37,728 bases of DNA, filler included, from an uncultured Planctomycetaceae bacterium (GCA_963976765.1; 15 parts of 15 records of this genome joined end to end with filler, not necessarily neighbours in it); one strand, 5' to 3'. Shown: positions 18,883-29,461, counted from the first letter of the whole stretch. Notes: a model not told the origin generated them from the letters alone. Numbers and translations: made by a program.

Positions 18883-19027
18883 GCGATTTGCAGCACGTCG
18901 CAGCGGAGCGGTCCAGGCAGCGAGGGATTGAGCCCCGCAGGTTCGCAAGTCATCAGGACGCAGCGAACCTTTTGCGCGGGCTCTTCGTGAGCGCCCCTTG
19001 ACCGCGAGAACGTCGTGCTACACTCGC
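18883..19027 (+). promoter_or_regulatory. 145-nt fold-back containing -35/-10 boxes (Frpo/ssi-like ssDNA promoter candidate)
   Basis: TTGACC (18998) and TGcTACACT (to 19024) pair with GCGATTTGCAGCACGTCG...GCGGTCCA; inner stem 18930-18946 with 18963-18983. Confidence 0.55.
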
Positions 19028-19119
19028 ACCGACTGTAAGCAGTGTGGTTAATACTACGGCAGTTTTCGTCCCCGAACTTGTTGCATCGAAGTGGGTTTCT
19101 CTGGCAGGCTGATTTGCCA

Positions 19120-19605
19120 ATGCCTCCACGCAAGAAAGAATCCACCGCTGGCCAGCACGGCGATGCTGTCATTGATACGCTGTACGCACTGACTCAGGAA
19201 TTGCGTGTCCTGCGCGATGTGCTGGATGAGATTCGCGAGCAAATAAGCTGGGGCCTGCGAAACGATGCCTTTCGTGCCACCGGGAGTTCGGTCCTCAAGC
19301 AGATGGGGCGCGATCCAACCGCCGACGACTGCGGAAAGCGTCTGGTCATTGCCGGACAAGAAAAGTCCAGTAAACCGGACACTGCGAACCAGTCAGGAGA
19401 GCTGGAAGTTGCCCGCAACGTCATTCGCGATTTGCTGAACACCACCGAATTGAATCTCGACGAGATGGAAGAGGGAACTCGTCAGGTAATCAGACGGGCT
19501 CAGCAAGTCACCAGCGCTACTTACGAAAGTAAGCCGGATGCACCAACGGCAGAATCTGTCACTCGATCGGCTCGTCCGCCTGCTCAACGCGACCGCCTCT
19601 TCTGA
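19120..19605 (+). CDS. Hypothetical protein (161 aa), coiled-coil N-terminus, ends QRDRLF
   Basis: First ATG after the folded promoter; 18 nt before the next gene. Confidence 0.65.
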   Translation: MPPRKKESTAGQHGDAVIDTLYALTQELRVLRDVLDEIREQISWGLRNDAFRATGSSVLKQMGRDPTADDCGKRLVIAGQEKSSKPDTANQSGELEVARNVIRDLLNTTELNLDEMEEGTRQVIRRAQQVTSATYESKPDAPTAESVTRSARPPAQRDRLF

Positions 19606-19623
19606 TTTCTTTCCCAGCTTCGC

Positions 19624-20412
19624 ATGCCACGAGAACAATTCTTCTATGACGAAAACCGGGATCACATTGGACTCCTCGACGAGGCGGCCCGCCGGTCTGG
19701 CCTGAGTCGTGGCCAGGTTTTCGACGACTTCCTGCACATGGGAGTTTGTGCCTTGTCTGGCGGTCAGCTCGAAGACCAGTACATGCAGATCGTCGGCAAG
19801 TACTCGGAGGGCAAGAACGGCAAGCGAGCGTGCGACACACTCGCTCGTCTCTTCGGGTCCGTTGTGAACTCAATGGAAGACACCCGCGACGGAATTCGCG
19901 ACATTCTCGGCGATCTGTTTCAGGGCGGCATCACATACGGCGAAAACGGCCAGTACCTGACTCCCGACGCAATCACTCTGTTAATGGGCCAGCTCACCAC
20001 TGGTGACGAAGACGACGGAAAACGAAAGTCAGTCTGCGATCCGTGCGTCGGCTCCGGACGAATGCTGCTGTCAGTCGCCGAAAAGCACCGCAACTGGGAA
20101 TTCATCGGTCAGGACGTTGATATCAGATGCGTCCGAATGACCGCCATCAACCTCGCCCTGAGAAATCTCTACGGCTGGGTGATTCACGGTAACAGTCTGC
20201 ATCTGGAGCAGAAGCTCGCATACCGAACTGGGTTTAATGGACGTGGCTTCATCCGCGAAGTGCCGACGGAATCCTGCCCGTACCCGGTGAATTCGATGAC
20301 CGATGATGAGTTGTCAGAGTCGTCGCGAGAGAAACCGTCCGTCCTCGACATTCGAGAATCACAGCAGAGCTCAGATGTCCCGCTTCCCAGACAGCGAAAT
20401 CTGTTTGATTGA
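19624..20412 (+). CDS. N-6 DNA methylase/HsdM-like protein lacking catalytic motif IV
   Basis: DILGDLF, GQYLTP, DPCVGSGRML, GQDVD, HGNSL present; no NPP(F/Y); ends QRNLFD. Confidence 0.8.
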   Translation: MPREQFFYDENRDHIGLLDEAARRSGLSRGQVFDDFLHMGVCALSGGQLEDQYMQIVGKYSEGKNGKRACDTLARLFGSVVNSMEDTRDGIRDILGDLFQGGITYGENGQYLTPDAITLLMGQLTTGDEDDGKRKSVCDPCVGSGRMLLSVAEKHRNWEFIGQDVDIRCVRMTAINLALRNLYGWVIHGNSLHLEQKLAYRTGFNGRGFIREVPTESCPYPVNSMTDDELSESSREKPSVLDIRESQQSSDVPLPRQRNLFD

Positions 20413-20474
20413 CAACTGGGTGACGATCAGATTTCGCGACCTGGTTGAGTATGCAGGTCTTCTCAGGAAGACCG

Positions 20475-20771
20475 TTAGATCTCAGTCTCAACGCGAAAGT
20501 CGACAACCTGAAGTAATTCATTCATCTCCACAGACAAGTTCTTCAGCACGACCTTGCGATCTTTCCGTTCGAGTGCTTTCTGTAGTTTCCCCAGCGTACT
20601 GAGGAATACCGCGTTGACGAACGGAACGCCTTCAAAGTCCATCACGACCGTACCGGTACCTGATTCGACCGCAGGGCTCAGTTCATCGAAAATGCCGTCA
20701 TCAACTGATGTTCCATCGAGAACTCTGATTTCAAATCTGTCATTTGTTTCAGACAAAAGGAAACTGGGCAT
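20475..20771 (-). CDS. STAS-domain protein (anti-sigma factor antagonist-like)
   Basis: About 98 aa; VVMDFEGVPFVNAVFLSTLGKLQKAL...VVLKNLS..MNELLQV. Confidence 0.75.
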   Translation of the reverse strand: MPSFLLSETNDRFEIRVLDGTSVDDGIFDELSPAVESGTGTVVMDFEGVPFVNAVFLSTLGKLQKALERKDRKVVLKNLSVEMNELLQVVDFRVETEI

Positions 20772-20891
20772 CTGAGATTCTTCCAATCGGGTTTCAGTTC
20801 TGAGCCTTCAACTCTCTCTTTAACCGATAGAGCCGCGATTCGGCCGACTTCACAGTGATGTGGAGCTTCTTTGCGACTTCCTTGATTGAGT

Positions 20892-20944
20892 GGGATGATG
20901 TCCCGCTGAGTGTTGAAAGTTGAAAATCCGGTGGCGGCTCCTTT
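20892..20944. mobile_element. Terminus of a multicopy element (IS256-like end)
   Basis: 49/53 identical to 13121-13173; sits at the contig break. Confidence 0.6.
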
Positions 20945-21062
20945 NNNNNNNNNNNNNNNNNNNNNNNNNNNNNNNNNNNNNNNNNNNNTTAATTAATTAA
21001 NNNNNNNNNNNNNNNNNNNNNNNNNNNNNNNNNNNNNNNNNNNNCCGAGTAGCCTTTTTCGC

Positions 21063-22262
21063 TTATCGCAGCTTCCAGTCACATCGTCGCGACGTTGAGA
21101 CGGCCGGGGAAGACGATGGGGGATTCGGTCGCTGGAGGAGCGGGACGATTCCATGTTCGACTTCAAAATCGCGCTCTTTCGCGTAAATCGGCATGACGGT
21201 GTAGAACCGAATCTTACGGCCATCTGAAAGTTCCAGCGGGCTCCAGTCCATCATGCCTGAATTCAGCAACAGGCAGGTGAAATCCGTGCCGGGGCCTAAC
21301 GGAGCCGGTGGATCATCGGACGAGATGATCGTGTGGGCTCCTCCCAGCCAGGTTTCATTCAGGTGCGGGTAGTAAGCGATCTGCCTGAGCCACTGGAACG
21401 GCCACAGCGTGGACTCGTCACTGGAGTTCGGCTGAGGAATCTGCCAGTCACCGGGGAGATACATGACAGTTCGGCATACTGAAACTCTTCCTGCCCTTCC
21501 GGAACGTTCATCGCCACTTCGCTCATGCCGGTTGTGAAGAGCGTGGAGAAGGGGCAATTTTCGTTCGGCCTGATCACGTTGATCGCCACGTGAACGTCGT
21601 CATCGACCGGAACGATTTCCTGCAATGCCAGTGCTTCGACTGGTCCGACAGAATATTGACATGTGGTCGAGGATCTCACGCACCGCATCCGATTCCTGCG
21701 AAGCCGACATCACTGGCTGAGCCACCTCATTGACCGGAATGTCAACACCCTCAACAGGCATCCGGCATCCGGCTTGTTCCAATACCGCAGCTATTTGAGT
21801 GCGTCCATGTTTCCTGGCGAATGACAGAGCATTGCTCAATCATCCGGTTGGCGTACGGTACGTCGTATGACGATCCAAATCTGTAGTGATCAGGTACTCA
21901 ACGACGTGTTGATGTCCGTTGTGGATTGCCGAATAGAGGGGATTTGCTGTGTGGTCTGACGTATCCAGCGATGCATTGGCGGACACAAGAAATCTGACAA
22001 GTTCCAAGTGTCCGTACATTGCCGCCTGATCGATCGGCGTGCCGTAGAATTCATCGGAAACGTTGACGCTGATTCCGTGGTCAATCAACCATTTTGCCAT
22101 TTCGGCATTGCCTTCACAGCATGCGAGATGTAGCCAGGTACCACCAAATTCGGTGAAATGAATAAGCGCGTCGTTTCCATCAAGAAGCTTCACAGCTTCC
22201 TCGACATCGCCGATTTGAATCGCATCAGCGATTTCTCGTGCCACTTCAATTAATTCGCTCAT
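21063..22262 (-). pseudogene. Ankyrin-repeat plus SUFU-domain immunity gene, broken by one stop and two frameshifts
   Basis: Ankyrin motifs GTWLHLAC, GTPIDQAA, NPLYSAI; TGA at 21840-21842 in frame with 21600-21839; SUFU motifs TLFTTGMS, YAEL|VMYLP.DW, WPFQWLRQIAYYPH...WLG, IRFYTVMPIY..E across frames. Confidence 0.8.
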
Positions 22263-23025
22263 AGGTCTGCCGCAATCTTTCCCATTCGGGCCAAAGCCCG
22301 CTCAACTGCTTTACGAGTGCCTCTACTGTCAGCCCTTCTCAGCTCGTCAACAACTTTCTGCAGTGCCTCGGTCGTATGTTGCCCGGCAATGTTCGGTGCC
22401 CAGATGAGGTTTTCCCGGCCAAAGATTGGATTGATGTCATATTTTAAAAGTATCTCCATCCCCTCGATAACCAGATCACGCTGCTTCCCCTCGCGACCAA
22501 GCTTAAAGAGGATGCGGTGAGCGTGTGGGTCAACCATCCCATCGGGAGCACTGACCTTCAAGACACCCGAAAAGTACGCGCCCCAGCCAAAATTCTTCAG
22601 CTGTTTCAGCATCGAGGCAAGTTCTGTGCGATCTTGAGAATTGAGTGTAGCTTTTCCTTTCAACAGTTCGAGAAATCTCTGGCACTGAAAATCGTCGGCC
22701 AGTGAATTGTGGACGAGGATGCCGAGTTCGGTGACCTCGTAGACATGTTCACCAGCGACTTCGATATTGAAGACAGCGGGTCGTGCAGCGAGCTGCTCCA
22801 CGAGAGCCACGGCCACGACACCGTCACGTCCCTGGACAAGCTCACCAGCATCAAACTCACCCAGCGGAATCTCAGCCAAAAGCGTCGACTGACCAGACAG
22901 GATGACCTGCCGTCCCCGTCAGTTGAGTTCCGTCTTCAAAGGTGACGTGGGCCAGTTCACTGAAGCTTCGAGTGACGAATCGACCGATAACCAAAATGCC
23001 ATCACCAGGAACGATCTCCGACGCC
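22259..23025 (-). pseudogene. Orphan polymorphic toxin tip: partial Hint domain plus AHH-family nuclease
   Basis: Hint block B LTGTAGHPVWSVD out of frame (+1 nt at ~22872); Hint end VFNIEVAGEHVYEV...LVHN-S; toxin PHAHRIL...ENLIWAPN...GQH. Confidence 0.75.
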
Positions 23026-23312
23026 GCATCTGTTAGCTTCTCATGAGCCGTGGATTCGACGTACCTTCTGGAGCGGACCGGTACTGTTACGGCGATCTGC
23101 GGATAGAATCCGGAGTTCAGTTGGTCACACGGTTTCCGATGCGGGGCAGGAAAAGGGGGCTCATCCGGTAAGTCGGGGCTGTATTTATCCGACGAGTGTT
23201 TTGTGAGTGGTANNNNNNNNNNNNNNNNNNNNNNNNNNNNNNNNNNNNNNNNNNNNTTAATTAATTAANNNNNNNNNNNNNNNNNNNNNNNNNNNNNNNN
23301 NNNNNNNNNNNN

Positions 23313-23712
23313 CGCCCAGATCCAGATTGGCCCAGTTGTCGAGCACTTCGTAATACAGGGTGACGTCGAACTGGTTCAGGTCCAGATCGGAATCCACTTC
23401 CGCGGCGCCTGGAACAGAATCAAACCCGGTAGACAGCTCCCCTCGTCCACTCTGCTCGATACGAGTGTAGTTCAACCGAACATTCGGCAGTACCGGAACT
23501 GGATGCTCCAGGTAGGCACTCAGGTTGGCATTGGTGTCGCTTTCCAGGTCGAGGTCGTTTTCGACGTCGACCACGTCGTTGTTTTTGCCGGCTTTACCCG
23601 AGAGGTCAGAATCCCAATAACTGACACTGGCACCCACCCCGACCACATCAGCGATCGCGACTGGGGCAGCGATGAACAATGAGCCGCCGATGGCAAAAAT
23701 CAGTTTACGCAT
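23313..23712 (-). CDS. Outer-membrane beta-barrel protein, TIGR04219-like (3' truncated)
   Basis: Signal peptide; YLEHPVPVLPNVRL, DVTLYYEVLDN. Confidence 0.75.
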
Positions 23713-23747
23713 AGTGCACCTGTCTTATGGTTGTTGTACCTGACTGA

Positions 23748-24461
23748 TCAGTCGAAACGAATACCGAGACGACGACCAACTTCTTCGTAGGTCTCAATCA
23801 CATCGCCCAGTCCCTGACGAAAACGGTCCTTATCCATCTTTTTTCGGCTTTCCCTGTCCCAGATACGGCAGCCGTCGGGGCTGAATTCGTCACCCAGGAC
23901 AATCTGGCCACCCGAGCGGCCAAATTCCAACTTGTAGTCCACCAGCAGCATGCCGGCTTCCTCAAACAGCGCCTTCAGTACGTCATTCACCTGATAGGTC
24001 AGTTCTTTCATTCTGGCAAGTTCGTCGGCTTTCGCCCATCCAAAACTGACCGCCAGAGACTCATTGACCATGGGGTCATGCATGGCGTCGTTCTTCAGGA
24101 ACAATTCAAAGGTGGGCGGGTTCAGCGTCAGCCCTTCCTCGACACCCAGACGACGGCACAGACTGCCCGCCGAGATGTTACGAACCACGCATTCAACCGG
24201 GATCATGTCCAGCTTCTTGACCAGTGATTCCGTGCCCGAAAGCAGGCCTTCAAAGTGTGTGGGAATGCCGGCTGCTTCCAGCTTCTCCATGATGAACGCA
24301 TTGAAGCGATTGTTCACCATGCCCTTGCGGTTAAGCTGCTCTTTCTTCTCGCCGTCAAACGCCGACGTATCGTCGCGAAATACCATCACAAACCGGTCGG
24401 GGTCGTCGGTACGGTATACGGATTTGGCCTTGCCCGCGTAAAGCTCTTCACGCTTTTCCAT
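23748..24461 (-). CDS. purC: SAICAR synthetase
   Basis: 237 aa from ATG 24461; [46 protein letters not shown]. Confidence 0.97.
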   Translation of the reverse strand: MEKREELYAGKAKSVYRTDDPDRFVMVFRDDTSAFDGEKKEQLNRKGMVNNRFNAFIMEKLEAAGIPTHFEGLLSGTESLVKKLDMIPVECVVRNISAGSLCRRLGVEEGLTLNPPTFELFLKNDAMHDPMVNESLAVSFGWAKADELARMKELTYQVNDVLKALFEEAGMLLVDYKLEFGRSGGQIVLGDEFSPDGCRIWDRESRKKMDKDRFRQGLGDVIETYEEVGRRLGIRFD

Positions 24462-24505
24462 GTCAGGTCTCCGGACGTGCCCGCTCTGTGCAGGCACTGC
24501 TAGCA

Positions 24506-25344
24506 TTAGTAAAGGTATTCGAACAGTTCTGAAAGCAGCTCGGGCGAGCGATTCTCACCATCGTAACTCTCGGCGATGGCGGTGGAAACGATAATGTCGC
24601 CGTCGCGTTCCTCGAGCCGTATATCAAACGAATGGACCGGTTTCGGGGCGTCGGAGAACCAGCTAAACCACCCTGGCTCGCGCTCGGATTCCGGCCGGAA
24701 ATCCACAAAGAAATAGCCGTCTTCACGGTTCAGGTCGATCACTGGTATGCCTGCGTCATCCACCGCTCGCCGCACTTCCGCCCAGGCTCGGCCGTAATCC
24801 AGGCTCATCACAATTTCCCGGGGTGTTTCATCGTCCGATACCAGCCTGACCAATGGTTCGCTGGCCATGCCCAAGGCCGCACGAGAGTATGACTTGCTGT
24901 CTTCCCGATTGCGTAAATACTGGGCCAGGTCGTCGAGCAGCTTCCGACTCGTGTCGAGTTGCTCACGGCTGCGGATGTCCCCGCCGCTCCATGCCATCAG
25001 TTCGTTGGGGTCATCGGCAACTTCGAAAGAACGGAATTGAACCTCTGTGGTCTTGCGGCGCACACCAGGAGCGACACGGGCCTGAACAACCACTTTTGCC
25101 TCTGGCCCATCAGGGTTGTCCGGCAACCCCAACAAGCCCCTCGCCTGCTTGCTGAAGTTAACCAGCTCACTCTGCATCAGGCCAAGCTGGGGGCTGTCAT
25201 ACGCCACACCAAGGCCGTTTTCATTCATGTAGGAGGTGACCGCCGGCCAGAGGCGACCGGGAACATCATTCACCAGCAGCCATATCTGTCCATCCAGTTC
25301 CTCAACCAGATAATTTTCGTCAAGGATATCGGAGGTCATATCCG
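24506..25344 (-). CDS. bamC: Outer membrane protein assembly factor BamC-like (5' truncated)
   Basis: Two helix-grip-like repeats ([18 protein letters not shown]...DLNREDG.FFV); bamC-purC synteny of Gammaproteobacteria. Confidence 0.75.
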
Positions 25345-25444
25345 NNNNNNNNNNNNNNNNNNNNNNNNNNNNNNNNNNNNNNNNNNNNTTAATTAATTAA
25401 NNNNNNNNNNNNNNNNNNNNNNNNNNNNNNNNNNNNNNNNNNNN

Positions 25445-27370
25445 GTGCCGGGATAAACCGGATTGAGATAGGGAATGAAAGTGTCCTACGTAGAAAGTCT
25501 AGCCAACTGCTATGGCCTCCACCGGAGGTGCGGAGAGGGTAACCGATCCGCGCTGAGCGTCCGGCAAGGGGGGAAACGCAGGCCAGCTATTGAGCTCCGA
25601 AATCTGAACTTCCGTGTGCCGACCTGGTCCCTCTACGGGGAAGGCGAAATCGCGACGCTCGCGTATGGCGAGAGCGGCGCGGACACGGCGGAGTCTGGGG
25701 AACCTGTGCATGCGTGGAAATCTCAATCGCGAGAACCGGGAGATCCGATCAGTTGCGGCGGCGAGCTTGCTCGCTGGCTGCACGGGCAGCGAACCGTCCA
25801 GCGGGAAAGGCTGCCATGAACGCTGATCGGAAGTCGGATGAGTCCATAGTACCGCCGACGCGGGCGAACAACGCCGGAACTGAACCGGTCGCGGAGTCCG
25901 TCGAGGAAAGGGACTCAGCCAAGATGAACACCTTGCAGCACGATCGACCCCGAACTTCGAGTCGGACCAAGCGTCGTTCACGCGGGCTGTCGGGTGTGCG
26001 CGAAACAGCGAGGGATCGTCCCACGCTGAAGTTCGAGAACCTGTTGCATCACATCAACGTTCCGCTGCTGCACGAGGCCTTCGATGCTTTGAAGAAGTCT
26101 GCCGCGGTTGGCATCGACGAAGTGACTTGGCAACAGTACGAGCAAGACCGGGAAGCCTCGATCGAGGCTCTCCACGGTCGCATTCACCGGGGCGCCTACC
26201 GAGCGAAACCCTCCAAGAGAATCTACATTTCCAAAGCCGATGGACGGCAACGTCCGATCGGCATCGCGGCCCTGGAGGACAAGATTGTCCAAAAGGCAAC
26301 TGCGTGGGTGATGCAGTGCATCTACGAGCAGGATTTTCTCGGATTCAGTTATGGCGGCCGTCCTGGTCGCGGCGCTCACGACGCACTCGATGCGTTGTGT
26401 GTTGGCGTGAGCAGGAAAAGAGTGAACTGGATTCTGGACGCCGATGTGAAAGGCTTCTTTGACAACGTGGACCACAAGTGGCTCATGAAGTTCATCGAGC
26501 ATCGCATTAGCGACAAGCGGATTCTCCGTCTGATTGGCAAATGGCTTCGAGCCGGTGTCAGCGAAGACGGGGAATGGTCCAAGACGACGGTGGGAACTCC
26601 GCAAGGAGCGGTGATCTCGCCGCTGCTAGCGAACATCTATCTTCACTATGTGTTGGACTTGTGGATCGACCACTGGCGAAAGCAACGCGGCCGCAAGGAC
26701 GTCGTTGTGGTTCGGTACGTCGATGATTTCGTGATCGGGTTTGAGAGCAAGGCTGAGGCTGAAATGTGCCTGGAAGCACTCCGGGAGCGTTTTGGGAAGT
26801 TTGGCCTGGAGCTTCATCCCGAGAAGACACGCTTGATCGAGTTCGGTCGTTACGCGATCGAACGACGGTCCGAGCGTGGAGAAGGTCGACCGGAGACGTT
26901 CGACTTTCTCGGCTTCACACATCGCTGTGATACCAGCGCGAAGAAGGGTTGGTTCATGATTCGCCGCGAGACGATCGCGAGCCGGATGGCTCTTACCCTC
27001 TCGGCAATCAAAGCGAAACTTCATCGTCGGCGCCACCAGGGGATCGGCCAGCAAGGCCGTTGGCTTGGCAGGGTGGTTCGTGGTTGGATGGCCTACTATG
27101 CCGTTCCGGGCAACGTGAGCCGTCTGCGTCGATTTCGTGACGAGGTCAGCCGTCTGTGGTTGCGTGCGCTGCGGCGTCGGAGCCAGCGTCATCGCTGGCC
27201 GTGGTCGCGGATGAAGCGTCTGCTGCGGATCTACTTGCCTCCAGCCAAAGTCAGCCACCCGTATCCAGATCAAAGATTTCGCGCCCGAATCAAGGCAGGA
27301 GCCGTATGAGACAACACTCACGTACGGATCTGTGCGGGGGGCGACCGGAAACGGTCGTCCCTACCGCGAC
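25445..27370 (+). mobile_element. Complete group II intron (probably bacterial class E)
   Basis: 5' GTGCCG; domain V GAGCCGTATGAG...CTCACGTACGGATC; domain VI ending CTACCGCGAC; RT ORF inside; contig equals the intron. Confidence 0.92.
25816..27309 (+). CDS. ltrA: Group II intron reverse transcriptase/maturase, no endonuclease domain
   Basis: RPIGIAALEDKIVQ, DADVKGFFD, GTPQGAVISPLLANIYL, RYVDD, FDFLGF, X domain RGWMAYY. Confidence 0.93.
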   Translation: MNADRKSDESIVPPTRANNAGTEPVAESVEERDSAKMNTLQHDRPRTSSRTKRRSRGLSGVRETARDRPTLKFENLLHHINVPLLHEAFDALKKSAAVGIDEVTWQQYEQDREASIEALHGRIHRGAYRAKPSKRIYISKADGRQRPIGIAALEDKIVQKATAWVMQCIYEQDFLGFSYGGRPGRGAHDALDALCVGVSRKRVNWILDADVKGFFDNVDHKWLMKFIEHRISDKRILRLIGKWLRAGVSEDGEWSKTTVGTPQGAVISPLLANIYLHYVLDLWIDHWRKQRGRKDVVVVRYVDDFVIGFESKAEAEMCLEALRERFGKFGLELHPEKTRLIEFGRYAIERRSERGEGRPETFDFLGFTHRCDTSAKKGWFMIRRETIASRMALTLSAIKAKLHRRRHQGIGQQGRWLGRVVRGWMAYYAVPGNVSRLRRFRDEVSRLWLRALRRRSQRHRWPWSRMKRLLRIYLPPAKVSHPYPDQRFRARIKAGAV

Positions 27371-27472
27371 NNNNNNNNNNNNNNNNNNNNNNNNNNNNNN
27401 NNNNNNNNNNNNNNTTAATTAATTAANNNNNNNNNNNNNNNNNNNNNNNNNNNNNNNNNNNNNNNNNNNNAC

Positions 27473-29361
27473 GACACAATTTTCGGCGGGGCTGGTAACG
27501 ACTCAGTTCTGGCGAACAACGGTGCCGACGTTATTTTCGGGGAAGCCGGCGACGACACGTTGAACGGTGACGGCGGTTTCGACTCGATCGACGGTGGGGA
27601 CGGTAACGACGTTGTGTTTGCCGGTGCTGATGACGACACCGTCTCCGGCGGTCTCGGCAACGACACGATCAACGGCCAGGCCGGCAACGATCTGCTTAAT
27701 GGCGACGACGGCGACGATGTCATCAACGGCCAGACCGGGCAGGACACACTGAATGGAAACGGTGGAAATGACATCGTCAATGGAAATGCCGGCGACGATT
27801 TGATCGCAGGGCAGGATGGTGACGATTCCCTCTATGGCGGTTCCGGGGCGGATGCACTTTTCGGAGACGGCCTCGATACACTTTCGAACGCTTTTGGTAA
27901 TGATGTTATACGCGGCAACAGCGGTGACGACACGATTATCGGTGGTAACGGAGCCGATTCGCTCGATGGTGGCACAGGTGCGGATTTGGTGCGAAGCACG
28001 TTCGACGTGAATCTGGATGAAGTCGCACCTCCACCTCCTCCTCCAGCGCCGATTCCACCACCGCCCGTTCCACCGACGCCAACCACGCCGGGTTCCACAC
28101 TTGACGATGCCATTGACAGTGGAGCCGGTGTGAACGTTGGAACGAGTACGGTTCTTACCAACGGCACCGGCGATGCCAACGTTCAAATCACGGTTGACGG
28201 AGCGGGAAGTTTCAGCACAGCAATCTACGATCCTGTTGGAGCAATCGCCCCCGCTGATCTTGGCTTTGATTCGGATGTTTACTTCCGGACAGGGAGTACC
28301 GGTCTGCGTACAGCGTTATCTGCTGCTGCCCAAAACCTCTCACCGATACGCGCAACTGCTACTGAGGCAAATACTACGTTTACACTGTCGGGCGGGGCAC
28401 TTTCCGTTGCATTGACTCAGCTGGTCGAAAATTCAAATGACGCGATGGGCATGCGAAGCGGGTCGCTCCTGACACAGTCTTACCTGATCACCAATACCAC
28501 TGCCGCAGCAGCGAACTTTGAGATGGTGCGATACTTCGACGGCGACTTGAGATTTGACGGTACGATTCTCGATGGTGGTGGCCGATTGTTTACAACACTC
28601 GGCGAAGAAATCATTTTCGAACTGGATGCGGGAACAGGTGCCAGTGTCTCAACAACGTTTGCTGGAATCACTGGCTTTGGCGGCACCATCCCCATGACGG
28701 GGCGTTTTGAAATTGATTCCTTCTCTGGCCTGAGAACGGCAGTGGCAAACGGCACTGCTCTCGACGACATGATTTTCAATGACAGTGACAACGATCAGTT
28801 CATCGACACACCATATGACGTAACGTTGGCGCTTAATAACATATTCAGCCTCGCTCCCGGTGCGTCGGTCACCTACACGACCCACACTCTGTTTGGTTCT
28901 GGAACTCCGGATAGTGCCGCCCAGCCGCCGGCTAATGTCCCGCCCGTCGCGGCTGACGAGACAGGGGCGATGGTGACAAACACACCCTTGGGTGGTCAAA
29001 CTGTCACAATCGACGTCGTTTCTAATGACTCGGACACCGATGGAGTCGTTGATTTTTCTACCGTGACCATCGTTACTCCGCCTGCTAATGGAACAGCGGT
29101 CAGTCTCGGTAATGGTCTGATTGAATACACGCCCAATCCGGGATTCAGTGGGACTGACACATTTCAATACACAATTGCCGATGACGATGGTGCCGTTAGT
29201 GCTCCGGCAACGGTTTCAATCACAGTAAATCTTCTTGTCCTGGACTCGGCTGGTGACACGCTGATCGGTGGCTCTGGTGATGACTCACTAGTCGGTAGTG
29301 ACAACGACGACTTCATCAATGGTAATGGTGGTGACGACAGCATTCTTGCTGGTGGTGGTAA
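27473..29361 (+). CDS. Internal fragment of a giant Ca-binding (RTX-repeat) protein with Pro linker and Ig/cadherin-like domain
   Basis: GGxGxD repeats at both ends; PPPPPPAPIPPPP; IDVVSNDSDTDG...YTPNPGFSGTDTFQYTI. Confidence 0.88.
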
Positions 29362-29461
29362 NNNNNNNNNNNNNNNNNNNNNNNNNNNNNNNNNNNNNNN
29401 NNNNNTTAATTAATTAANNNNNNNNNNNNNNNNNNNNNNNNNNNNNNNNNNNNNNNNNNNN

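Noticed and set aside
25445..29361. RT next to a repeat-rich surface protein as a DGR or retron
   Set aside because: The RT has group II domains V/VI and an X domain, no TR/VR pair is visible, and the neighbour is another contig
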